This document shows positions 7,570 through 16,084 of a stretch of DNA of 41,485 nt, in pieces. Numbering within the stretch: position 1 is the first letter of the stretch; each line of letters starts with the position of its first letter. This DNA comes from a virus (taxonomy: Duplodnaviria; Caudoviricetes): positions 1 to 41,485 of the IMG/VR virus record IMGVR_UViG_3300005611_000065. One strand, given 5' to 3'. Under the pieces are notes generated by a model. It had not been told where the DNA came from and searched no databases. It saw nothing but the letters and a program-made list of their open reading frames with translations. Both the position numbers and the translations under genes were made by a program.

Positions 7570-7854
7570 CTACCAAAAACCACCATAATCATTTGAGCGC
7601 TCAGGTAAAGCGTTTTCTATAGCCCTATTTATCCGCTTCATCACATCTTCATGAGCTTCAATATCAATTTCATCTCTGAAGTTGTCAAATATGTAATTCT
7701 GTAATGCTGAAACCAACTTTTCATCCTCTACCAGTTCTCCATCAATAAAGAATTCAAGTTCTTCTGCTACGGTCGTAGCATACGGAAAGCCGTTCTCCGG
7801 CTCAGCTGGGCAGTGGTCTAAAGTTTTGATTTTTATCTCAATTTCTTTTAGCAT
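7570..7854 (-). CDS. Hypothetical acidic protein
   Basis: GGAGG RBS before the ATG at 7854. Confidence 0.6.
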   Translation of the reverse strand: MLKEIEIKIKTLDHCPAEPENGFPYATTVAEELEFFIDGELVEDEKLVSALQNYIFDNFRDEIDIEAHEDVMKRINRAIENALPERSNDYGGFW

Positions 7855-7985
7855 CTTCAGCCTCCAATTTGCACAAACTAAGGGATTGCCCCAGACCCCT
7901 TTGTAAAGCCAGGGCAATCTCTCCTTATAGTAATATCGCAGCCCTATGCCGCTTGCCCGTCACCAGGTGGGCCAGACCCATCTCT

Positions 7986-8210
7986 TCAATGTTGCGTGTT
8001 CACAGCAACGCGATTAAAAAACCGTCTTATTATGTAGCTTCTCGCTATTGATATCACTGTAAACCATGCACCTATAGCTATATTGTCGCTCAGTGGGATG
8101 TGTATGTCAAACATTGGGAACACTGCCAGTTGACTAGCAAGAGCAACAGAGTACCCTATCGCTACATTTGACAGTGATTCTATCATTGAGTGTTTTTTAG
8201 ACTGGCTCAT
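7986..8210 (-). CDS. Small two-TM phage membrane protein
   Basis: QSKKHS.IES..NVAIGY...FT.ISIARSY..RRFFN pattern common in phages; two hydrophobic segments. Confidence 0.75.
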   Translation of the reverse strand: MSQSKKHSMIESLSNVAIGYSVALASQLAVFPMFDIHIPLSDNIAIGAWFTVISIARSYIIRRFFNRVAVNTQH

Positions 8211-8362
8211 TTCTCGGCCTTTTCCAATGCATCAACCAATATCCCACGGATCGTGGCAGAGGTCGAAGACTCACGACGCTTTGCGAGTGCTTCAATTCTT
8301 TCTTTAAGCTGTGGCGATGCTGCGAAGCATATCATTGCTTTTTCTTCATTCTTCTCTTCCAT
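8207..8362 (-). CDS. Ribbon-helix-helix (CopG-like) protein, 51 aa
   Basis: Manual translation MEEKNEEKAMICFAASPQLKERIEALAKRRESSTSATIRGILVDALEKAEK; AGGAG RBS; ATGA overlap with the next gene. Confidence 0.6.
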   Translation of the reverse strand: MEEKNEEKAMICFAASPQLKERIEALAKRRESSTSATIRGILVDALEKAEK

Positions 8363-8516
8363 TGCGTTCTCCTTTTGGCATGTGCCGCCTCAGTGACAGC
8401 CGGCTCTAATTCACTCTTGTCATTGCACTGATATTGCGTTATATTGTGGCTATCCTGCTTTTCTTTGTCTTTGGCCTCTGTCAGCTGCCCACTGTCAGAG
8501 GTTGTTTTGTTTTTAA

Positions 8517-8729
8517 TCATCGGCTGGTCACCTCCCCCGGCAAGGCTTCAACGCGGCCTTTCTCGATAAAAGCCAATACGTCTTCTTCGCGGTATCGGAC
8601 AAGCCTTGCACCTAACTTGTAATAAGCCGGGCCTCGGCCCTCGTGTCGCCATGCTTGCGCGGTCTTTGGGGAGATTCCCAAAACTTCGCATAATTGCTTT
8701 TCGTTCAGATTTGTTGGGATGTTCTGCAT
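8517..8729 (-). CDS. Excisionase/AlpA-like HTH (HTH_17) protein
   Basis: LNEKQLCEVLGISPKTAQAWR.EGRGPAYYKLG.RLVRYREEDV.AFI. Confidence 0.85.
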   Translation of the reverse strand: MQNIPTNLNEKQLCEVLGISPKTAQAWRHEGRGPAYYKLGARLVRYREEDVLAFIEKGRVEALPGEVTSR

Positions 8730-8770
8730 GATTTACTCCTTAAATGTATTTTTGTGGACAGCCGCTTAAT

Positions 8771-9151
8771 TCAAACATTATTCCTCATAGCGGTCAAATC
8801 ATCATTGCCGCGCCTCCCGCCTGTGAAGGCTTCGCCCTTGATTGCTAATGGAATTATTTGCTGATCTCTCCGGTCGTATGCCTCGCTGGTCACTGCCTGC
8901 CATGCTGCGCTCATGTGTTTGTTAAAACGCAGCCTGACCTTTCCTGATTCCCGCAAACGGTCGACAAGCTTTTCCGCTTCGGCCAGGTCTTCTTGGCCAG
9001 CGTTTAATTGTTCGACCAACGGTCGCAACCGTTCAAGTCTTGCCAGTGGTGTCTTGGCTAGCAGTGTTTCGCGGAAATCTGCCGGGCTGGTTGGGTCAGG
9101 GGTCGCAATCTCAACATTAAAAGGCCCATGTCTTTCTGTTCGTGTTTTCAT
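8771..9151 (-). CDS. Hypothetical protein
   Basis: GGAGG RBS; ATGA overlap with the upstream gene. Confidence 0.55.
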   Translation of the reverse strand: MKTRTERHGPFNVEIATPDPTSPADFRETLLAKTPLARLERLRPLVEQLNAGQEDLAEAEKLVDRLRESGKVRLRFNKHMSAAWQAVTSEAYDRRDQQIIPLAIKGEAFTGGRRGNDDLTAMRNNV

Positions 9152-9411
9152 CCCACGTCCTCCATAATTTGATCCATTACAATGGTATAATACTCCCATT
9201 TATTCAAAAATGTGTTGAAGCAATCAACCCTCATCCCGTAAAGGTTACTGATTGTTCCATTGTGGGGTAGATGTTCCCCATGGACATAAAACGAGACAGA
9301 ATCTCCACTCCAAACATCGTCACCATCCCGAGTTTTAAATAACGGATCGTTTAGAGGCCGTGAATTGTAGAGTAATTTCAGATCCTCAATTTTAAGTTTC
9401 CCCTTTTCCAT
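9148..9411 (-). CDS. Hypothetical protein (weakly YopX-like)
   Basis: AGGAG RBS; RDGDDVWSGD.V motif. Confidence 0.55.
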   Translation of the reverse strand: MEKGKLKIEDLKLLYNSRPLNDPLFKTRDGDDVWSGDSVSFYVHGEHLPHNGTISNLYGMRVDCFNTFLNKWEYYTIVMDQIMEDVG

Positions 9412-9512
9412 TTTGTTTCTCCTTTTGTTTAATTTTTAAATCCCATGCCTATACATACACCGCCAAACAAAAAACGGCAAGTGTTTTTATTTTGTTTTTA
9501 TTAAAAAAGGCG

Positions 9513-9543
9513 TTGACAGTTTTTTTTATCTGGGATATACATT
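9513..9543 (+). promoter_or_regulatory. Sigma70-like promoter in an AT-rich divergent control region
   Basis: TTGACA 9513-9518 with TATACA/TACATT downstream. Confidence 0.5.
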
Positions 9544-9593
9544 AGTCAGTTGTTGAGGAAAAATATTAAATTAAAAAAAGGAGGCCGAATAAA

Positions 9594-9686
9594 ATGTTGA
9601 ATTTTCTAATAGACGCAACTGATTTTGTCAATAACCCGCTGTTAGATGTTATTGTTGATATTATTCTCGACTTATTTGGAGGTTGA
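9594..9686 (+). CDS. Small protein (30 aa)
   Basis: AAGGAGG RBS; MLNFLIDATDFVNNPLLDVIVDIILDLFGG. Confidence 0.45.
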   Translation: MLNFLIDATDFVNNPLLDVIVDIILDLFGG

Positions 9687-9690
9687 GTAG

Positions 9691-9801
9691 ATGGCCGGAT
9701 TAATAGCGTATGCGCTCATTCAATACCATGTGTTTATGTGGGAGCCACCGCATATACAAGCGGAGCAGGTTAAGATAATTTACATAATGGAGAAACCATG
9801 A
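9691..9801 (+). CDS. Small protein (36 aa)
   Basis: GGAGG RBS; ATGA coupling to the next ORF. Confidence 0.45.
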   Translation: MAGLIAYALIQYHVFMWEPPHIQAEQVKIIYIMEKP

Positions 9802-9899
9802 AACAAAAAATAATAGCATCATTTATATGCTTCATAGCCGCAACGCTGGCAGCGTGGGCCACCCTTGTTACAGTTGCAGAATACGGGATAGGAGGTTGA
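9798..9899 (+). CDS. Small single-TM protein (33 aa)
   Basis: MKQKIIASFICFIAATLAAWATLVTVAEYGIGG. Confidence 0.5.
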   Translation: MKQKIIASFICFIAATLAAWATLVTVAEYGIGG

Positions 9900-9903
9900 C
9901 AGT

Positions 9904-10668
9904 ATGCACACCATACTATGGGATAATAGAGAGCTTACGCTGCGAGAAGTTGCCGTAAAACTTAATTTGACAGAGGGGAAAGTTTACGCCACGTGGAAGA
10001 AAGGATACCGGGACAAAGAATCATTTCTGGCGTTCCGGAGGAGTCTTGAAGCAGAAACAGAAATGAAGGTCTACAAAACGACAAAAGGAGATATGAACAT
10101 CCTTGAAGTCGAAAGCACCTTTAAGAATCTCGGTATAAAAATTTCAAGGCAAGGAATTTATATAAGGGTCAAAAGCTGGGGAGAAAGCAACCCTGATTTA
10201 TGGTTAAGGCCAGGAGAGAAACGAACGAACACCGAATACATCGGAACAAGTGAGCCGCCAAAGAAACGCGGAAAGCCTGTTGACATAACCCCAAAAAAGA
10301 AAATGAACCGGGGAAAATGCTGTTACCGGGAGGACTACACTGTAAGATGTGAGCACTATGATCTAAGGCTCGAAATTGACGACGGACACCCGGAGCAATG
10401 CTTAAAAGCAACTGGCGACTCTTGCCCTAATTTCAAAGGCAAACATCTCCATGATGGTCTTATTAAGCACATGGAGCCATACAGGCAACTTGCCGCTGAG
10501 GTTATAACAAGGGCCATAAAGGACACGGCTGACAGTGACAGGATAGAGGCGAGTAGGGCAAAGCGCTTTCTTTTGTCGAGCAAAGAAGATTTTGATTTCT
10601 GGTGCCAAGTTGCCGGGGTTGAGTCTGACAACATGAGAGACAGGCTCAAAAAACGATTGAGGTGTTAA
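9904..10668 (+). CDS. Hypothetical basic protein, possibly DNA-binding or late regulator
   Basis: N-terminal HTH-like LTLREVAVKLNLT, a Cys-rich middle, and a C-terminal PYRQLAAEVITRAIKD...FL.S.....WC segment. Confidence 0.7.
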   Translation: MHTILWDNRELTLREVAVKLNLTEGKVYATWKKGYRDKESFLAFRRSLEAETEMKVYKTTKGDMNILEVESTFKNLGIKISRQGIYIRVKSWGESNPDLWLRPGEKRTNTEYIGTSEPPKKRGKPVDITPKKKMNRGKCCYREDYTVRCEHYDLRLEIDDGHPEQCLKATGDSCPNFKGKHLHDGLIKHMEPYRQLAAEVITRAIKDTADSDRIEASRAKRFLLSSKEDFDFWCQVAGVESDNMRDRLKKRLRC

Positions 10669-10669
10669 G

Positions 10670-11050
10670 ATGATTAAACATTTAGCTCACGTACCAATAT
10701 TCAACCGTTCTGTGTTCTTTGTCGGTAACTGTTCAGCACAGGACGCTGAAGACGCTGTTTACAAACTGCAAAACAAAAAGACACAAATCAATTACACCTA
10801 TGACGCTGAGGGATGTGTCAGAGATATCAATGGAGACGTGTTCGTATGGATAAGAGACCTTAACAAAGCAAGCGTTGTGGCCCACGAATTAGCACACGCT
10901 GCGTGCTCAATAATGGAAATATGCGGTATCCCTTTGTGTAGCGATACTGAGGAGCTAATGTGCTACTTAATAGGCTGGTTAAAAATAAATGTTCAAGATG
11001 TAGTTTATGAAAAGTTTGAAAAGAAATTAAACAAAGGAGAGAAAAAATGA
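10670..11050 (+). CDS. HExxH-motif protein (zincin-like)
   Basis: VVAHELAHA...TEELMCYL. Confidence 0.7.
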   Translation: MIKHLAHVPIFNRSVFFVGNCSAQDAEDAVYKLQNKKTQINYTYDAEGCVRDINGDVFVWIRDLNKASVVAHELAHAACSIMEICGIPLCSDTEELMCYLIGWLKINVQDVVYEKFEKKLNKGEKK

Positions 11051-11140
11051 GTGCGCCTATGATGCTTAGTAGCGGTGAATATGTTGATTTGCATACCAAC
11101 GAAGGTGCATACAGGCACGTTGGGGAGTTTTTGAAAGACA

Positions 11141-11401
11141 ATGGTGTTTAAAATGAAATTCGATAAACCAAAAGGACAAAGGCTGCATAGATATTTCAGG
11201 CAAGTGAATGTTGATGGTATGTGGTGGTTGCCAGAATATCAAAAATGGGTTGAACCACATGAAGTTAAAGGAAACCATGCACAATCGTGGTGCAACTGTA
11301 GGACGATTAGAGCGTTTAAGAGGCATCTTCGGATACATCCATACATAAGAGGGAGAGCGTGCCTTGTGTCGCTTTACGAAGGTTACGATGTTTATGCGTA
11401 A
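11141..11401 (+). CDS. Hypothetical protein
   Basis: 86-aa ORF in the operon. Confidence 0.55.
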   Translation: MVFKMKFDKPKGQRLHRYFRQVNVDGMWWLPEYQKWVEPHEVKGNHAQSWCNCRTIRAFKRHLRIHPYIRGRACLVSLYEGYDVYA

Positions 11402-11434
11402 CGTAAAAAAAAAAAAAAAATTGGAGGAAGTAAG

Positions 11435-11695
11435 GTGAAGAAATACGTGTGTATATTAGGTAATTTCCTAGAAGTCAAAATCCATGAGATTGAATGTGAA
11501 AGAGAAACAGACTACTTTGTATGGATAAACGGGAGTAGAAGGGCAAAGGTGTCAGAGTGGGATAACTACTTTGACACATGGGAGGATGCTTACTCATCGT
11601 TACTTAAAGCTGCGGAGAGAAAGGTTGACGCTGCAAGTGTGTCACTTGACATTTCCAATAAGGTATTGGATAACATTAAAAAATTGTCTCGCTAG
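11435..11695 (+). CDS. Hypothetical protein
   Basis: GGAGG RBS and GTG start; ERETD.FVWING.R.AK pattern. Confidence 0.65.
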   Translation: MKKYVCILGNFLEVKIHEIECERETDYFVWINGSRRAKVSEWDNYFDTWEDAYSSLLKAAERKVDAASVSLDISNKVLDNIKKLSR

Positions 11696-11706
11696 AGGAA
11701 ATTGTT

Positions 11707-11958
11707 ATGGAAATCGAAGACGTAAAAAGTGCATGGAACGCACAGGCAGACGATGCTAATAACTGGGACAATTTAGACGCTGACGAGAGAGTGGAGTTTG
11801 CGTTGTTGTTTATTGAGGAGGCAATATGCAATCTAATTGCTGAATGGGAGGTAGATAACAGTGTTCTGGACAACGAACACGTCACGACTCACGATCGCAC
11901 CATTGGACAAACGCTTAAAAAGTGTGCAAGTGAACTGAGAAGTATTATTGGTGCCTAA
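11707..11958 (+). CDS. Hypothetical protein
   Basis: GAGG RBS; WNAQADDANNWDNLDADE.VEFA. Confidence 0.65.
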   Translation: MEIEDVKSAWNAQADDANNWDNLDADERVEFALLFIEEAICNLIAEWEVDNSVLDNEHVTTHDRTIGQTLKKCASELRSIIGA

Positions 11959-11972
11959 CAGCATAAACAAGA

Positions 11973-12173
11973 TCAACCAAACTCATCAAGAGAAAGTGCT
12001 TGAGTAGGACACTCATCAAGCATTAACCGTATTGTTTCGTCGTGTTCCTTTCGTGACCGTGGAGAGATAAGCAAACTCCCTCCATGGTCACTGATAAAGC
12101 CGGGTAATATTTCGTCGCAGCGGTGGCAAGATTTGCCGAGACAGGCATATTCATAGATTTTTAGTTCGTGCAT
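11973..12173 (-). CDS. Hypothetical protein
   Basis: Directly follows the endolysin stop; C..C..C...CP motif. Confidence 0.45.
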   Translation of the reverse strand: MHELKIYEYACLGKSCHRCDEILPGFISDHGGSLLISPRSRKEHDETIRLMLDECPTQALSLDEFG

Positions 12174-12638
12174 TTAGCCATTTCTCATTATCTCAGATAG
12201 TTCTAATGCTCGTTCAGGAGTCTGGACCGACCACAACGAATTTAACATCTCGTCCGCTGCCAAGTCGTACCAACAATTTTCAAGATTAATAAACATTTTT
12301 TTGAACTTTAACAGGCCAGAAACGCCGAGCTGATAAGCCATATTAATAAGAACATCCTGCCGCTTGTAGCTCAAACGCTGCCAACATCTTATGACCATCG
12401 GCAGCTTCAACCGAAGCTTTCTGACGCGTTCTTCAAGAATCATAGATGCCTCGCGCTCTGTTATTCCGGCTTTTAAATTTATCCCGTAGCCAATTGTGGG
12501 GACACCGAGCGAATCGTTGTACACAGTCCCAACAAAACCCTCATGTCTTTTCAACTGGCTGATAACGTCATTTATAGCATCCATGCTCCCGGCATGGTCG
12601 GCAAAACTATCAACATTCTTCATCTGCAGTCCATCCAC
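12174..12638 (-). CDS. Endolysin, T4-lysozyme/GH24-like muramidase
   Basis: HEG...VYNDSLGVPTIGYG (E-x8-D-x5-T), NMAYQLGV.GLLKFKKM, S.W..QTP.RA. Start uncertain. Confidence 0.92.
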   Translation of the reverse strand: MDGLQMKNVDSFADHAGSMDAINDVISQLKRHEGFVGTVYNDSLGVPTIGYGINLKAGITEREASMILEERVRKLRLKLPMVIRCWQRLSYKRQDVLINMAYQLGVSGLLKFKKMFINLENCWYDLAADEMLNSLWSVQTPERALELSEIMRNG

Positions 12639-12698
12639 ACGCTAAACAAATACTTGCTCCATCTTGGAGATTGCAGTTGCACTCAGGACATCTCATAT

Positions 12699-13034
12699 TT
12701 AATCCTCATATCCAACACAATGTCTATGCTCGTGCTGGTAAATCCACTCAGCATCAAAAGCCATATAGATTGTACAATTTTGTTTATTGTTTTCCCTGTT
12801 GTATTCAAGCTTAGCACAACCAAACAACGGAGCACCTAATACAACAAGGAGCGGATTAACACCGAGAGCAATACACCGGCTATACACATCGACAGGGCCG
12901 ACCACAAATACAGTTTCATTGAGATCCTCCAGTGGTATTTCTTCCGTCAGGAATGGGTAAAGTTTATCAAGAGGAGATAATATTGTACAGCTTGAAAACA
13001 ATATAGCTGCACATACTGTCAATCCCCTAATCAT
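12699..13034 (-). CDS. Putative lipoprotein with HExxH motif
   Basis: MIRGLTVCAAILFSS-C lipobox; C-terminal HEHRH. Confidence 0.6.
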   Translation of the reverse strand: MIRGLTVCAAILFSSCTILSPLDKLYPFLTEEIPLEDLNETVFVVGPVDVYSRCIALGVNPLLVVLGAPLFGCAKLEYNRENNKQNCTIYMAFDAEWIYQHEHRHCVGYED

Positions 13035-13380
13035 TATCAGGGATGTCACATACCGCCCTGACCATAACAAATACTGGCATAATGAGCAGATCATCCCACT
13101 GTGTATCAGTTGCCTGTATCCAGTTCTCCAGTGGATCAAGAATTTTGTCCCCCCACTTCTGGTAAAATTCCGGATCAGACATTTTCTCGATGATAGCATC
13201 AACAAGCTTATCATCCCATACAAAAGATGTTTTGCCAGTGATTTCTTTTACTGTGTCCACGAGTGCAAGTTTAACTTTCAGAAGATTTTTCTCTGTGATG
13301 ACAGATGCAAATATCTCGTTGGCTACTTTTGTTATGATGGGCTTTGCTAAAAACAGGGCCGTTGTAGCTGAAATGTTCAT
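13027..13380 (-). CDS. Hypothetical lysis-region protein with an internal duplication
   Basis: GAGG RBS; repeated T...WDD motif (TSFVWDDKLV and TDTQWDDLLI). Confidence 0.7.
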   Translation of the reverse strand: MNISATTALFLAKPIITKVANEIFASVITEKNLLKVKLALVDTVKEITGKTSFVWDDKLVDAIIEKMSDPEFYQKWGDKILDPLENWIQATDTQWDDLLIMPVFVMVRAVCDIPDND

Positions 13381-13422
13381 TTAAATAACCTCTTTATGAT
13401 TGTAATATAATTTTGTTAAAGA

Positions 13423-13944
13423 CTACTGTCTTGTTGGACAATTTGTACATCTCTTGATTCGATCAAAAACTTCATACATAGTATCAATTTGGTCATCTGT
13501 CAGTGATATCTTGTCTTTATTCGATTCGTAATACTGCTGAGCGGTGTCTCCGAACTTGTAACCCATTGCAGTCCAATCAATAATCATGTGTATTATATCA
13601 AGACGGTTTCTGACGGTCTCATGGTGATGTGGGTTTTTGTTTTTGTGATGTTCCCATGCTTCGACCATTCCGCTGTTATTTTTATCCTTATCGTTTACAG
13701 AAAAAAACGAATCACGATATTGTACAAACTCTTCCTTTGAAAACTTAGAGACGTCATGCCACTCAACTTCTTTTCTAAGAGTGTGCCACGCCATGTCATC
13801 ACAAACCCACCACATCCCATCACAAGCCACTGACAACTCACAAAAAGCTTTTTTTACATTATTCAGATGCTCTTCCAAGTAGTCTAGATATTCCCTTGTC
13901 TTGTCAATATAATCTTGTCCTTTCATTCTTTCTATAAACGCCAC
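13423..13944 (-). CDS. DUF5662-like HD-superfamily protein
   Basis: WHDVSKFSKEEF, AWEHHKNKNPHH.E, HMIIDW.AMG.KFG. Confidence 0.78.
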   Translation of the reverse strand: MAFIERMKGQDYIDKTREYLDYLEEHLNNVKKAFCELSVACDGMWWVCDDMAWHTLRKEVEWHDVSKFSKEEFVQYRDSFFSVNDKDKNNSGMVEAWEHHKNKNPHHHETVRNRLDIIHMIIDWTAMGYKFGDTAQQYYESNKDKISLTDDQIDTMYEVFDRIKRCTNCPTRQ

Positions 13945-14167
13945 TTAGATAACCTCCTTTTTTAAAGTTGTTTTTTTTTTTGGGGAAATACTTTTCCACG
14001 AACCCACTGTCTGTTAATAATATATTTCTGAGGTGAGCAAGGCTACTAACGTGCTGCCCATTTGCCACTAACACCTGTTGTTTTCCACAATAATTGCACG
14101 TCAAATTATGATTTCCCATGGCATGGAGAAGTGCGCTCAAAGTGCCTTCGTAGGTATGTTCTTTCAT
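13904..14167 (-). CDS. Hypothetical protein
   Basis: TAATG coupling; the 3' end crosses an 11-nt homopolymer, so it is uncertain. Confidence 0.4.
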   Translation of the reverse strand: MKEHTYEGTLSALLHAMGNHNLTCNYCGKQQVLVANGQHVSSLAHLRNILLTDSGFVEKYFPKKKNNFKKGGYLSGVYRKNERTRLY

Positions 14168-14316
14168 TATAGAGAAAAAATCTTTCTGAAAATTTTAATT
14201 ATTAGCGAAACAGGAATCAAAACCTTTTTCACTGTTGTCTTCTCTTTAGGGCCATACGGCTCCTTATGGATATCATCTAACCACTTATAGTCATGGTATC
14301 TTTCGTTGTCGTTCAC
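14167..14316 (-). CDS. Small hypothetical protein (49 aa)
   Basis: Manual ORF from GTG to TAA that fills the gap and is coupled to the next ATG. Confidence 0.4.
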   Translation of the reverse strand: MNDNERYHDYKWLDDIHKEPYGPKEKTTVKKVLIPVSLIIKIFRKIFSL

Positions 14317-14320
14317 GCCT

Positions 14321-14527
14321 TCACCAAAATATCCAACCGAAAGACCTTACTCCAACAAACATCACAACAGCAATTACCGGATGACCAGCGGCATAGACTC
14401 CTTTAAGTAGATCAACATCAGCAACCCACCGAGAAACTTGGTGAGTGTGGTAGTCCTCATCGTGCTGAGCGCAGACCATACCATAGTTGCAATCTGGCCA
14501 CAGTGTACAAAAATCTTTCTTTTTCAT
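14321..14527 (-). CDS. Small phospholipase A2-like protein
   Basis: D.CT.WPD.....C.QHD.DY......R..AD..L motif (CxxHDxxY) and a hydrophobic C-terminus. Confidence 0.6.
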   Translation of the reverse strand: MKKKDFCTLWPDCNYGMVCAQHDEDYHTHQVSRWVADVDLLKGVYAAGHPVIAVVMFVGVRSFGWIFW

Positions 14528-15057
14528 CAGTCTTCAATAGATGTTCCGGCACTGACAGTTTCTTGAGTGTTGTAGGACTCTCGTGTTTCTGACGCTGTGT
14601 TGTAGCTCTCGTTGTTAGCTGTGCTCGACATACTCGCACTCGCTGAATCGCTGGCCGTGACGGTATCACCCATGGCACTAAACGCAGCTTTTGCAACACT
14701 GCCTCCAACAATCCACTGACCGAGATTGAGGACGTTCCCTGAAGCATTGGTAAGAGCCTTGTTCTTGCTCTCAACCTCTGAAATCTGCACGTCAAAGGCA
14801 TTGGTTACTTTACAAGGATCATTGCCGGTAACAGCCAGTAGAGCGTCACCGAACTGTTTTGACATTAAAACATAACCAACTGCATCCTTCGGAACGCCGG
14901 TTAGGTCAATCTTTCGCGCATCATGACAAGCCTTTACTGCTTTTGCTTGATTGTCCATTGCCTCAATATCAAGCTGTGTCAGTGCTGTTTTGCTACATCC
15001 TGAGAACACTATCAAAACAAAGATTCCGCATCCTATTGACTTCCACATCTTCAGCAC
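14527..15057 (-). CDS. Putative lipoprotein
   Basis: IFVLIVFSG-C lipobox; Ser/Thr-rich tail with a repeated ESYNT.ET. Confidence 0.7.
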   Translation of the reverse strand: MLKMWKSIGCGIFVLIVFSGCSKTALTQLDIEAMDNQAKAVKACHDARKIDLTGVPKDAVGYVLMSKQFGDALLAVTGNDPCKVTNAFDVQISEVESKNKALTNASGNVLNLGQWIVGGSVAKAAFSAMGDTVTASDSASASMSSTANNESYNTASETRESYNTQETVSAGTSIED

Positions 15058-15449
15058 TCCTTATTGTTTTGCATTTTATGCAAACATTCTTGCATAGTGT
15101 CAACTTTCTCACAGAGTTTATCTAAAGACACTCTTGTTGCTGCTGCCTCTTTCCGGTACTGCTCGTCTACAATGTCGCGCCGTTCAATAGCATTTTCGAT
15201 GAAAGTGTGTAGTTCTTTGCTTGTGCCTTCGCACCTTGTTTTTGACACGAAATGATCGGAGCTGGACTTTCTTGTCGCGTCTATCCTTGCGTTTAAATCA
15301 GAAACGTCGGCCCTACTTTTATTTGCGAGTTTGTCAATGCTCACACAATTGTTGCCAACTTTTACCGTTAATTTCCCCAGCCAAAAAGAAAGCCCTGAAG
15401 TCTGTACCAGGATAGCAAGGGCAAGCCCTATTGTTTGCGCGTCGATCAC
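15051..15449 (-). CDS. N-terminal TM plus coiled-coil protein (holin/spanin-like candidate)
   Basis: IGLALAILVQTSGLSFWLG TM segment; first gene after the tail fibre module. Confidence 0.55.
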   Translation of the reverse strand: MIDAQTIGLALAILVQTSGLSFWLGKLTVKVGNNCVSIDKLANKSRADVSDLNARIDATRKSSSDHFVSKTRCEGTSKELHTFIENAIERRDIVDEQYRKEAAATRVSLDKLCEKVDTMQECLHKMQNNKEC

Positions 15450-15472
15450 TTTAATCCTCTTCGGTTTTGAGA

Positions 15473-16051
15473 TTAAAACCAGACAATAGCATCTATATCT
15501 ACTTCTTGGCCGTTTTCTATTGCTGCTTTTGTGGTATCATAGATGGTGAAATTCTTACTTGTTCTCAAGTATAACGCTTTCGCCATATCAATAAACTCGC
15601 TATTTGTCATTGAGAAATACTCTATCTCTCCTGACGCGTTCCCAACTTTCCAACACCCAGCGTTTTCGGTGTCGAAAAAAGTGTTTATGCTTGCCTCTGG
15701 TGCTTGCTGTGATAACGCTTCGTTTTGAGTGCCTTGTATGTCGTCCTTTCCACCGTCAGCTGTTTTAAAATACTTACCTGCATATAACAGCGGCACATCG
15801 TTAGCGGCCTTTTTTGCTACTTCAAGGTCTCTTAACTGAACTGAAATCCTTAACGCCTCTGCCTCTTGTGCCTTGATAGCATCAACTTCAGCCTGAGTTT
15901 TTGGGGTTAGCACTCCGTCGTCTGCGGTATAATACTCATTGACCATGCCCCACACAAGCTCTTGCGGCATACATGTCCCGGTAAGTTCTTCACCTTGCCC
16001 TACTCTGTTAAGTCCTGTTACTGTTCCGTCTACTTTATATGCGAATTTCAT
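15473..16051 (-). CDS. Tail fibre-associated protein (DUF4376-like)
   Basis: Position after the fibre gene; Y.GKYF.T.....D.Q, WK.......MT..EF, C-terminal IDAIVW. Confidence 0.6.
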   Translation of the reverse strand: MKFAYKVDGTVTGLNRVGQGEELTGTCMPQELVWGMVNEYYTADDGVLTPKTQAEVDAIKAQEAEALRISVQLRDLEVAKKAANDVPLLYAGKYFKTADGGKDDIQGTQNEALSQQAPEASINTFFDTENAGCWKVGNASGEIEYFSMTNSEFIDMAKALYLRTSKNFTIYDTTKAAIENGQEVDIDAIVWF

Positions 16052-16084
16052 GCGTACCTCTATTTTAGTAAGTTTATTATGTTC

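Noticed and set aside
9634-9644. 11-nt match ACCCGCTGTTA to the HNH leader stem
   Set aside because: Matches of this length are expected by chance in 41 kb.
11405-11420. A16 run (and T11 at 13971-13981) as phase-variation switches
   Set aside because: The first is intergenic and both could be sequencing homopolymer artefacts; this cannot be judged without reads.
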